NCBI GenBank assembly: GCA_905178155.1
Contig: CAJINV010000002.1
Span: forward strand, 12,037,621 to 12,101,620
Direction of reading: 5' to 3'
From: Amoebophrya sp. A120
Taxonomy: Eukaryota; Protista; Dinoflagellata
DNA length: 64,000 nt
Numbering within the stretch: the first letter of the stretch is position 1; every line of letters begins with the position of its first letter. The position numbers and the translations under genes are program-made. Below, one piece after another: positions 37,125 through 46,721 of this stretch. The notes under the pieces were generated by a model. It made no database searches, was not told where the DNA came from, and saw only the letters and a list, made by a program, of their open reading frames with translations.

Positions 37125-37350
37125 TGCGACGTGTCATCGAAACGGGAAAAAAGTGCGAGCCCACCGTGATGGCTATCTCAAAACATCAAGCACATGGACA
37201 TGCAACTACAAGTGGCATAGGCATGACAAATGCACGACGACAGCACGCAGAAGTAGGCATTTTCGTCGTGCCCGTCTTGGCAGTCTCGGACAAGCAAGGG
37301 CCTTTTCCTCCTGCGTGCTCACGCATCTGCAACAACACTAGAGCATAGTC

Positions 37351-40300
37351 TCAACAATACAGCTTATTTTTCCGCATAGAGGAATCATAGGGTGCGTAGC
37401 CGTCCACAAAACTATCCCAGCGCTGGTCAGGCTGCAGAAGTTGTGCCAATTTTGCGTCCCTAGACGACTCGTCATGTAGGGGGCGCTTCGAGTTTTGTTT
37501 GATCCCGCCGTGCTGTGTAGTTGTAGGAGCTGTTGCGCCCTCAGGCATCTTTTCTGTGTCACCAAAGACGAATTGAAAAACAGCTGAAAGTGTTGACGTC
37601 AACAGCGAATCATGCGGGTAAGGAGCGACAAACGTTTGCAGCTTGTCCCGGATGAAACTTTCGACAGTTGTCTTGCGATCGACACACCCGACTGTGGTTA
37701 AAATCGCCGGGACCTCGACCGCTGCGGGGTCCAGAACCCGCACCGGAAGATCGTGCATGGTAGAAGTCGTCGTAGACGGAAAAAGTTTTGTTTTTCGCAC
37801 TGCCTCAGGTACGGTCCTGCTACTGTTCGTCCGTGCTTTTTGTAGAAGTTCGACACGACCTGCTTGACCAGGACGACCATTCGCCTCCATCGGTCGTTCA
37901 TGTCCGCGCGCCGCGTTTTCTTCGTCCTCTTGCAAAAAGGCAGCTTCTCCTGAGACGGACACGGATGTCGCTGGGTTTGATGCTCTTGCCGAGGTGGAGT
38001 CGCTTGTTGATATCAAAAGCGGTTGCGCGACGCTCCCCTGTGTGCCGTTCGCTTGCCGGGGTCTGCGACGGTCGTCTGCCTTCTTCTCGACGCCGGTGCC
38101 GGAAGCATTTGCCAGCCCTCTTTGTAACGATACCCCAACCTCCGCTCCTCGATCGCTGAATTCGGAGCAGGAGTACAAGCCGCGGCAACCACACGGGTAC
38201 GCTGGAACGTAACGGTAAACGTCCAGCTGCACGAGATTGGGTCCTCCATAGGCAAAGCGCCGCTGTGCTTCATAACCCGTGAAGGGGTCATACGTGTGGC
38301 GGGTGACGACCGTACCGTCACCAGGTGTTCCTCGAGCGCCCTCGGTGGCAGGGCCGCTTCTGCTTCCATCCACCAATCCCAAAAGCCGAGCGGCAATACC
38401 CATCTTGGATCGGCAGTACTCTCCGTCGCCTTCTGCGTCCAGGGGGAAGCGCCTGGCGTCACCACCCAGAGCTTGCCAAAACCGGTTACTGACACAGAGC
38501 AGGTACTTGGCGTCTTTTGTCTGTTTCAAAAGATTCTTCACCATCACGGCTGCGGCCTTGTTCATAGTATGCTCTTGTTCATCCTGCCACTCCAGCGCGT
38601 CAGCACTTGGGCGATTTTCGCTGCCGTCTTTTCGCAAAAGGGCGCTACTTCGTCCTAGAGGAAGTAGAGCAGGTCCAATCTCGCGACGTGCCGTAGAACC
38701 AGATGCGCCGCTGTGTTCTTTGCTCGACTCGGGAACAAACAGGCGTTCGCGGTTCGCTGAGGCTTTCGGAATGACGTAGGTTAACGCAATGTGCGTTCCT
38801 GGTATTTGGACAACACGGTTTTCCGCTGTTTCTGCTGGTAGTCGGAAGTCCATCTTGCGGTGATCGTTGGTCGTGTTGTCTCCGCGGCCAGTGCTTTCAT
38901 TCTGCTCGTCCTGCAAGAACTTTACATCGGCAGTCTTTTCGCCCAATCCCCTTTGAAGTCCGAAATCAACGAGTCGGGCAAGAAATCCGTCGGACGCGAC
39001 CACGTCGACATCGGGGTCGTACGGAATGATGGAGCCATGCCGTAGGTAGCCCAAGTAGGTGCCGTGCGTGACGTAGTAGTCGGGCACGTCAAGTGCGCCA
39101 TAGTCTTGTTGTCCTTGCAGAAAGTCGCCATCGGCCTCCGCGTGATAGTGCAGTTCCTGCCACCCAGTCCGTCGCTCGTCCTCGAGACTCGAGTTCGCTA
39201 CTTGCAGCTGATCTCGATGGAAATCGGACAAAAAGGAGTTGCTAGCGTCCTTGCCGGCGATTTCCTTTCCTTCGAGCGCCTTCGGGAGCTTGTGAAAAGC
39301 AGCCAAGCAATCGACTGCAGCAGCGTAGTGCGAGTGGAACTTAAAGTCGTGGCCATAAAACTTTCTCATCGTTTGGAGATCGCAACCGCGGCAAAATTTT
39401 TTAATCTCGTTGTCTTCGTGATTTACATGATCCCTCTCTTCGAGGTGTTGGAAAGCAAGCCCCGTGCCGGAGTCAGAATGACGCCGCGTCGGTTCAGATT
39501 CGCTACCATTCGGCGCTGGCGGTTCCTGTGCTTGACGGATGATTTCGGTGTGGCGAGACAAAAGCGCTAGAGCGGTGGTTGAGATGGTTAGCGATATTCC
39601 GAGCTGCAGCCAACTGGGTGCCGGGACAGGCTTCGCGCGACGAACGTGTTGGTCCTCAGAAGTGGATGGTGTATGCTCGAAATCCAACGCGAACCAGCAC
39701 ACACCAAAGAGCATGATCGCAGAAAATGTAATCTGCAGCGCCGTCATTGTAGTTCCGAAAATGTAGAACGCAAAAATCGCAAGGAAGAGAAAGCTTGCAT
39801 AGCGATAGCAGGCCTGGGACACTGCATCGGTCAGCTTTGCCAGTTCTGCAGTCGCGAGCGTCACAGCGAATCCCAGAAGGGTGCACACGAGAATCATCAT
39901 GGCCAGTGGGTAGCTACCCACGACGTGATCAGACAGCACCACCGCACTACTGGCTGCACCGCTATCGACGGAAAGCTTCTGGTGTTCTTGGAACATCATC
40001 GGAAATTGCGGCGCTTGGTGCGTCTGCGCGTCCCACAGGACGTCGCCTCCAGCTTGGTCCAGATTGCCCTTCGAAGTAAACGCAAGCGCTGGCGGAAAGA
40101 TGTTCCATATTTTCCAGTACGCCGATACTGCGAAAAGAGAAACTTTTTCGATCGCATGCGATATGCTGTGAAAAAAGATTCTCCAGGGTAGAGGTCCCTC
40201 GATCACGAGAGCGCAGACGCACAGACACAAAAACTGGATGTTGCACGCTTGCGCCGAGTACTCAAGCGGTGACAAGGTGGTCGGAGCAGTGTTGTTGCCT

Positions 40301-41538
40301 CTGTTCTTTCCCGTTGACAGAAGCGAAAGGAACAATGCTAATCCCGCTGGCGGCCGCTTCGTTTCTGACTGCAGGGTGTACTGGCGAAAAGCGTCGCGCA
40401 TGCTCGAGAAGAAGAGCGCCGCGGCACAACACGAAACGCCAAAGAGAGCGAGACGCTGTGGGGTCGCATCAGCAACCGAGGATGGCGAGGAGTTGTGGGT
40501 GGGCTGTGTGTGCTGGACAACGTAAGCCGCCGATCCTACTCCACCGATAATTATCAATGCGAATTGACAAGCGACCCGCTTGGGATGCGGTAGACTGTAC
40601 CATGGAAACAAGAAATGGCTGCCGCGCTGTTCTTCTGCTTCCCTTCCCACATAGCTCCCGACAATGTTGTCTTCCACAGGTGCGCACGTGCGCAATGTGG
40701 CGCTACTAGCGTGACCACCGCTAGTACCATCCTCCACCTCCGCTGGTTGGGTGCTAGCACTTGCAGCGTCGTCATGCTCATCTGCGGCACAGGAGTCAAG
40801 CGCAAAGAATACGATCACATCCGACACCAGAAGATTCTTCATCAGCATTCCGTAAGCTATCGGGTTGAGAATGCTGACTGCTGTATTGCTGAGCCCGATG
40901 TTAGCAGCTCCGAAAATACCCGCCACCCAAGCTAAATCGGGCGGAGGAGCTCCTGGCGCTCCCACGTTGCTGCCATCTCCCGCTCGCTCCTGCTGTACGC
41001 TGTTCGCTTTCCCGTTGCGAAACACGTCGTGAACTTCTCCCTCTTCGCTCGACGCAGGTGAAGTACATAAGGATGCTGAAGCCGACCAGGATCGCGTTGT
41101 TTTTCCGACGTTTGGGTTTGCTGATGCAGGGCCGCATACTTGTTGTTTCTTCAGGATGTTGTCACACGGAAGAAGCGAGCGCGACGACTTGCGCCCGGGA
41201 TTCTCGTCAGCGTCACTGGGAGCTGTAGCCGCTGTCGATTCCGTGCAACTAGACTCGTTGCCACTTGTCGGCCCGGTGCATTCTTGGTCTGGGGCTTTTG
41301 GACTCTCTCTAGGGTCCTCGCAGTCAGCGACTAATGCTTCACATTCTGGAGCAGACCTCTTCCATGCGCACCGTCCGAGCACCATGAGGAGAAAGCCGAC
41401 CGAGCTGTTTGTAGCAGAGACGAAAAGCGGGTACGGAAACTGCAGGACAGTGAAGATCACCTTCATTGACAACATCAGTGCGGCGTAGGCCAGTCCCTGC
41501 ACCGCTATCACAGCCATCACTTCCAGCGTCCGCCACAT
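37351..41538 (-). CDS. Fusion of an SLC35/triose-phosphate-translocator-type (DMT) nucleotide-sugar transporter and a LicD/fukutin-family nucleotidyltransferase-fold domain
   Basis: N-half: MKVIF..LQFPYPLFVS, NIGLSNTAVS, MLMK and many hydrophobic helices. C-half: YYVTHGTYLGYLRHGSIIPYDPDVDV (39001-39079), VQLDVY, LFPS...HDLPVRV. Single 1395-aa ORF. Confidence 0.85.
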   Translation of the reverse strand: MWRTLEVMAVIAVQGLAYAALMLSMKVIFTVLQFPYPLFVSATNSSVGFLLMVLGRCAWKRSAPECEALVADCEDPRESPKAPDQECTGPTSGNESSCTESTAATAPSDADENPGRKSSRSLLPCDNILKKQQVCGPASANPNVGKTTRSWSASASLCTSPASSEEGEVHDVFRNGKANSVQQERAGDGSNVGAPGAPPPDLAWVAGIFGAANIGLSNTAVSILNPIAYGMLMKNLLVSDVIVFFALDSCAADEHDDAASASTQPAEVEDGTSGGHASSATLRTCAPVEDNIVGSYVGREAEEQRGSHFLFPWYSLPHPKRVACQFALIIIGGVGSAAYVVQHTQPTHNSSPSSVADATPQRLALFGVSCCAAALFFSSMRDAFRQYTLQSETKRPPAGLALFLSLLSTGKNRGNNTAPTTLSPLEYSAQACNIQFLCLCVCALVIEGPLPWRIFFHSISHAIEKVSLFAVSAYWKIWNIFPPALAFTSKGNLDQAGGDVLWDAQTHQAPQFPMMFQEHQKLSVDSGAASSAVVLSDHVVGSYPLAMMILVCTLLGFAVTLATAELAKLTDAVSQACYRYASFLFLAIFAFYIFGTTMTALQITFSAIMLFGVCWFALDFEHTPSTSEDQHVRRAKPVPAPSWLQLGISLTISTTALALLSRHTEIIRQAQEPPAPNGSESEPTRRHSDSGTGLAFQHLEERDHVNHEDNEIKKFCRGCDLQTMRKFYGHDFKFHSHYAAAVDCLAAFHKLPKALEGKEIAGKDASNSFLSDFHRDQLQVANSSLEDERRTGWQELHYHAEADGDFLQGQQDYGALDVPDYYVTHGTYLGYLRHGSIIPYDPDVDVVASDGFLARLVDFGLQRGLGEKTADVKFLQDEQNESTGRGDNTTNDHRKMDFRLPAETAENRVVQIPGTHIALTYVIPKASANRERLFVPESSKEHSGASGSTARREIGPALLPLGRSSALLRKDGSENRPSADALEWQDEQEHTMNKAAAVMVKNLLKQTKDAKYLLCVSNRFWQALGGDARRFPLDAEGDGEYCRSKMGIAARLLGLVDGSRSGPATEGARGTPGDGTVVTRHTYDPFTGYEAQRRFAYGGPNLVQLDVYRYVPAYPCGCRGLYSCSEFSDRGAEVGVSLQRGLANASGTGVEKKADDRRRPRQANGTQGSVAQPLLISTSDSTSARASNPATSVSVSGEAAFLQEDEENAARGHERPMEANGRPGQAGRVELLQKARTNSSRTVPEAVRKTKLFPSTTTSTMHDLPVRVLDPAAVEVPAILTTVGCVDRKTTVESFIRDKLQTFVAPYPHDSLLTSTLSAVFQFVFGDTEKMPEGATAPTTTQHGGIKQNSKRPLHDESSRDAKLAQLLQPDQRWDSFVDGYAPYDSSMRKNKLYC

Positions 41539-42120
41539 GATCGTGTATCAGTATCGGTAAAGTAGTTGCACTATCTCGTAGTTGTCGTTCATGCGCCCAA
41601 GCGGCCCTTGCGGTTTCTAGTCGTTCTCTACCGTTTTTTATCTACCAAGATTTCGAACTAAGTGTAAGTACTCAGTAGAGTGACAATATCGGAGCTTCAT
41701 AGCACCAATCCTCTTCCCTCTCGCACACATCGTCGATTTGACTCCTACGGTTGCTCAGCAAGGGTACTTAGTTTCCTTGAAAAGGAAGACTGATCACTCG
41801 GTAATCGGAACAACAGCCAAAATCCGGCCACATTTCAAGTAACATTCTACTTGCTTCGCTTTGCCTTTGCTGGTCATTATCATCTAACGTCCTATAGACG
41901 ACAGCCTCGCGAGTCGTAAATCCTACAAAAGTTTGGTGCAAGCGGCAACGGTTACGAGAATTTTCCTGTTGTACAAAAGATAAAAGAAAACATTACTCAC
42001 ACACATAGACATCGACATGAACAGGATCATCTTCAAGGAAGAGTGCAGAGGCATACGGAGCAATGCATATTTAATAGAAGTGACGCCAAACCATAGGAAA
42101 AGGGCCTAATCCTCTCACGA

Positions 42121-45100
42121 TTATTTATTATTCACCACCATCCAGAGCTGCGATTCCTGATTCCAAAGGTGGTCGGGGGTTAGATAGTTCTCGCCGTAGC
42201 ACCCTTTCAGCATGTTGTCGCGCAAGGTAGAATTTGCAAAAACACGCACCCGTGACGTGAGCAGCCGCGCGGTCGGAGATGCAGTGTCCTGCTTCCTGAC
42301 ATCGTGCAGCAGGACCTCCTGGGTGGGTGGAAAATGCTTGATGGCGGATGAGAGATCTTCTTCTTGTGCGTTAGCGCCGTCTTTCTGCTTCGCAGTCTCT
42401 GCCTTTTCACCAGTTGCAGTTTCTTCCCCCGTCAGCGCAGTCCATAAGTCGGTCCAGCACCACCGTGTATTACTCCGCTCTTGTTGTTCAAGAAGGGAGA
42501 ACCCGACTGCTTCATCTGGACTAGTTTTGTAGCCCGCCTTGCAGGATATGTGTGTCGGTGCGCCATACGTTGGGTCCAACACAGCGAGATCGATGTAGGT
42601 GTATCGCTTTCCGCCTGAACCGTCCGGTAGCAGTTCGGGATTGCTCCGCTCCGTTATTTCTATCGGAGAACTCCCTTCCCTCGTCTCGGCCACATCTTTG
42701 TTCGGGTCGTGCTGCATCACAAAGCGACCCCCCATCGGGGGGCCCCACTGCATGGCCCAGGTGCCGTGTGCTTTCTTCACCTGCTCTCGCGCGGATTGCT
42801 TTTGGATTGCAAGATGGGTGTAAGAAGTCCAGCTCTCGTCGCTCAAATGTAGAAGGTACTTTGCGCCGGAAGCAGCAAGAATTTCGTCTATAGAATCTAC
42901 AGGCGCGGAGGTGTACGTGACTGCCACCTTCTCGTCTGCAACGGCTAGAGACGAGCGTTCATCTGGGACCCTCTGCGCGGAATCCGCTTCTTGGAAGCTG
43001 CTTTTATTCGCCGGTTGAGAAACGTGTTGGGTTGGTGACTCTCCCAGACGGGGCTGGTCCTCCATCCTTCTCTGCGAAAACGAGAAGGTAACAAATTTGA
43101 CGCCGTTCTTTCCGCTCGTGCTTGTGCCACCGTAACTCGTTCCAGACGCAGACGTAAACAAGCCTTTATCTTGCACTGCTGCGCGCTCGACCACACGAAA
43201 AAATGATCTGGGAACGAAAACATCGCCGTCATTTGCGTAGGGGGAAACTCCCTGATGCCGCTCGTAACCAAGAAGACTGCCGAACCCGAGGGCGTATGGG
43301 CAAGTCTGTCCGCCGAGGGCATCTGCAAAAAGTGGCGAAGCAAGGAAGGCATGAAAGGCCTGGTGCAGCTCCATGATGTCACGATACCGGGTCGACACGC
43401 GAAAGTGGCTGCCGTAGATTCTCTCCATTGCACTTTTACCAACAACATCCTGAGTCACGCCCTCCGCGTCGTTATCGTTCTCTGCTCTGGCGCCAAATGG
43501 CGATGTCTCCGGTGATGTTTCTGTGTTCGACATGAAGGCGGTGGCGAAGGGGGTCGCTACTGGCTGAAGCAGCGACTGCGGACATTCCCGCTTCGTCAGG
43601 GCTTTTTGTGTACTATTTTGAGTCAGGGACCACGAAGCACGGTGCCCGACCACGACCGGACATAGAAGTCGTACGGTCTTTCCTCTCTTCGCCGCCCACG
43701 GGTACCAGTCGTTGTCAATCGCAAGGTTGAGGTGCGGGTCGCGGGCCGCCTTGGCGAGTGATGGGTCGAGGAAGGTGGAGACGAAGTCCGGAAGGTCAGC
43801 CGTGCGAATCGCCCAGCCGTACGAGCCGAACGAGAATCCAACTTGAGCTAGCCGATAGCGCGTCCCAAAGCCAGTGGCGACATCTTGCGAAACGAGCGAA
43901 ACGTTTCGACTCCGGTGACGCGCCCGTTGCCGGCCCGGCCTTGGGGCTTGGAGGTACTCCTGCGCCCCAAGCAGGACGATGCTGGTGTCTTTCGGCCAAG
44001 ACTGGAGAAGGGCTTCGCTCACGTCGTTGACGTCTTCCTCGGCCAACCATATCGCGTCGTCTTCGAAGACAAAAACGAGCTCCGGAAAGGCGACGCCGCG
44101 GTCGAGGCCCTGCCGCTTGTCGATCTCGATCTCACCACCTACTTGCGGAGTGGAAGTGGATAGTGGTGTCGAGATTGATCTTGATACAACCCTAGGTCCG
44201 TGACCGTGGCCCGCATCTGCGTAAGTGTGAATGTGGTGGACGTGCTTCTTGACCATTTGTAGGAGAGCCTTGAAACAGCGCGCGAGGGAGGTCTCGAGTC
44301 CGATGCCCCGACGGGAAATCAGTACGGCTGGGCAATGGTGAATGGCGTGGGGCCCCTTGCTCCCGAAGTCGTTTCGTGCAGCAAACTTCGTCAGTTTCTC
44401 GCGCGAACCTGCTGGAATAGCTCCAGCTGCTTCGTTCGTGCTATTTCCATCACTTGAAGATGACGAAATCTTTGCTGGATCTTGGGCGTCTCCGAAGCCG
44501 ATCACCATAAGGAACGCTCCAGCTGCTTTTGTGCTTGGCGCGCCTGTGCCATCTTCGGCGTCGTCAGAATTCTTCATTTCCGTCGAGTTCTGAACGTCCG
44601 TGTTTGCAGGGGAATTCGGTTTTGGGCGGCCGCCAGTACCTTCTGCCGCTACGGCTGCCCACACGTTAAATGGAACCAAATGCACTCCGCCACGAGAATC
44701 ATCCGAATCTTCCATCATGTATGAAAAATTCGAATTCGGGATAGAAGCACGGCTTCGTTCATCTTGTAGTTGTACGAAACTCGGACGACGTGATGCGGGC
44801 CCGGTACCAGCGGGTCCTGAAAACGAAACTGCATCGCCTGTCGCGGATACGAGAGCCGCACCATCCGCACCAGCGCTTGGTGCCAATGCGCGTCGCGGGG
44901 CGTCATGACCCCGGTCCTTCACCCGATGCGCCTTGTCATTTTTACGGTCGTGATGATGATCGTCATCGTGATCGACGTCCACCTGCCAATGATAGGGGTC
45001 CTCGTCCTCCTCTTGCCGCAATAATCTTGTTCTAGCTTTGATGCTTTGATCGAGCTCGCGCCGATAAATTCCAAATGCCGGTGAAACCCGTGACGTTCGC

Positions 45101-45186
45101 AACAGCAAACAGAGGAAGGAGAGCTTCATTTTCCGCGTCGATCGCATCGTCCTTACGCGCCTGTATTCCTTGTGGAGCCACTTCAC
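42121..45186 (-). CDS. Secretory-pathway fusion of a GT25-like glycosyltransferase domain and a LicD/fukutin-family domain (likely ATG at 45147 or 45129)
   Basis: Signal-like MKLSFLCLLL. GT25-like motifs GIGLETS, VFVFEDDA, IVLLG, GSYGWAI, AIDNDW. LicD motifs ALGFGSLLGYERHQGVSPYANDGDV, YIDLAV, FPP...VRVF...LKGCYGENYLTPD. Confidence 0.8.
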   Translation of the reverse strand: MKWLHKEYRRVRTMRSTRKMKLSFLCLLLRTSRVSPAFGIYRRELDQSIKARTRLLRQEEDEDPYHWQVDVDHDDDHHHDRKNDKAHRVKDRGHDAPRRALAPSAGADGAALVSATGDAVSFSGPAGTGPASRRPSFVQLQDERSRASIPNSNFSYMMEDSDDSRGGVHLVPFNVWAAVAAEGTGGRPKPNSPANTDVQNSTEMKNSDDAEDGTGAPSTKAAGAFLMVIGFGDAQDPAKISSSSSDGNSTNEAAGAIPAGSREKLTKFAARNDFGSKGPHAIHHCPAVLISRRGIGLETSLARCFKALLQMVKKHVHHIHTYADAGHGHGPRVVSRSISTPLSTSTPQVGGEIEIDKRQGLDRGVAFPELVFVFEDDAIWLAEEDVNDVSEALLQSWPKDTSIVLLGAQEYLQAPRPGRQRARHRSRNVSLVSQDVATGFGTRYRLAQVGFSFGSYGWAIRTADLPDFVSTFLDPSLAKAARDPHLNLAIDNDWYPWAAKRGKTVRLLCPVVVGHRASWSLTQNSTQKALTKRECPQSLLQPVATPFATAFMSNTETSPETSPFGARAENDNDAEGVTQDVVGKSAMERIYGSHFRVSTRYRDIMELHQAFHAFLASPLFADALGGQTCPYALGFGSLLGYERHQGVSPYANDGDVFVPRSFFRVVERAAVQDKGLFTSASGTSYGGTSTSGKNGVKFVTFSFSQRRMEDQPRLGESPTQHVSQPANKSSFQEADSAQRVPDERSSLAVADEKVAVTYTSAPVDSIDEILAASGAKYLLHLSDESWTSYTHLAIQKQSAREQVKKAHGTWAMQWGPPMGGRFVMQHDPNKDVAETREGSSPIEITERSNPELLPDGSGGKRYTYIDLAVLDPTYGAPTHISCKAGYKTSPDEAVGFSLLEQQERSNTRWCWTDLWTALTGEETATGEKAETAKQKDGANAQEEDLSSAIKHFPPTQEVLLHDVRKQDTASPTARLLTSRVRVFANSTLRDNMLKGCYGENYLTPDHLWNQESQLWMVVNNK

Positions 45187-46049
45187 CTAGAAAAACCAGA
45201 GTCTGGTTAAGAAGTGGAACACCATGTTGAGGTTGTGACCACGAAGATTTTTTCCCGGAATAAGGAATGTGCGTTTAATTTTCCCGTAGGGAGCCATCCT
45301 CACTTTAGCTTTACATCATACAACTTTACTAAGCATACTTACACAGCTAAATGGATTTGATGACTGCTCTACATCGACGTCGACCTCTATTTGAATTTGA
45401 CCGCTGACGTAAGATGGTCCCTCTTTTGTTTGCCTCTTCGGTGCCGGCCGTGAGGACAACAGACAAGAGTTGACTCGCTTGCACATGTGGCACCCGCTTT
45501 TTTTTTAGCACATGGCTTCTGCCCCTTTGCTCCATCACTAAAATGCAACCAAAATCTCACACAAAGACACACCTTAAACTCTTTTCCCTTTCTTTATGTT
45601 TTTTTTTCCTCATCAACAACACCGAGGCGATCCATCGGATGAAATCAAAACTGTAGGACCTCTCTCTGGTACTGGTACAGAGACAGAATAAAGGAATGCA
45701 ATGAAAATCGTTACTAAATTACAACCCTGAACAGTGGCGATCACGCTAACAGAAACTGAAAGTTGTGCAGCCCCGAACAGCGGTCATTTCAGCAGAAACT
45801 GAAAGTGGTTGATAAATATAATCATGCGCTTCATTATGTACTGGAAAATTTCATACTTTTTTCTCCAACCCAGATGTTTTTCACAAATGCGATCGGATGT
45901 TGTCTATTGTTAGGAAGCACATGCGGCAAGAGTGACTCTGATGCTTAATACTGTAGTCACCGCCATTCCAATTGGCAATTGCTCCACTTGGAAGATAGCG
46001 AATGCGGGTGCTTCTAGCTGCATACGCATTGGTGAATGCCAAATCACAA

Positions 46050-46721
46050 TCAGTGTCTTGTCTGTCGCGGATGGTTGTTTTCGCATTCGAGCTCTTTTAT
46101 ATGGCGGAAAATTTGCTGCCTGGCCTGCAAAGCAGTTGTTTTGCGAGTGAAAGGGTCTCCAAAACCAACCCACTCGGCGTGCCCCATATTAGCAAACCAC
46201 AGTACCTTGAGTAGAGACGGTTTCACGGGTCCCTCAGCGTTGGTAGGTCTTGTACCTACTTCATCTTGTGCAGCTCTTGAATGATCTTCCCTGGCAGCTG
46301 CACTAGAAGTAGCACTGGATAATTTGGGCCGAAGCCGAGCAAGATCAGTCGCGTCCTCGTCTTCCAGGTACAAGCGTACAGAGTGTGCCGGGATGAGGCC
46401 GTCCAAGCCACAGAGGACCACGAGCGTGGGCGTTTCACTCAACTCTTCTTTGTGCAGCTGCACTTGGTTCATCCACGAATTTCGGGCGAGACAGTTCGCA
46501 ATGTGCGGCTCAGACACGATGAAGGCTCGCAACAGTAGAGCCGCCCAGTGCGGCGGAATTCGGTAGGTCGTGTTGTAGGCTGTGTCCGGCATCTGGAGCA
46601 GGAAGCACACAGGGTCCAGGAGTGTCATGTACTTGATAACGCTTGGCGCAGCGTTCGTTGAAGTCTTTCGGCAGTAGTAGGTCAGACTCCCAGCTTTCAG
46701 CTCGCGGAACCCGTGGCGCCG
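46050..46721 (-). pseudogene. 3' fragment of the alpha/beta-hydrolase gene with an internal 537-bp deletion (copy 1, diverged)
   Basis: Matches 54733-55327 joined to 55865-55938. It lacks the HGLG and GHSFG catalytic segments and the whole 5' part. Confidence 0.9.

Noticed and set aside
46050-46628. Independent 192-aa hydrolase gene (also 50393..50968)
   Set aside because: It is a duplicated 3' fragment without the nucleophile motif, and its frame is closed by a TGA just upstream of the homologous segment.
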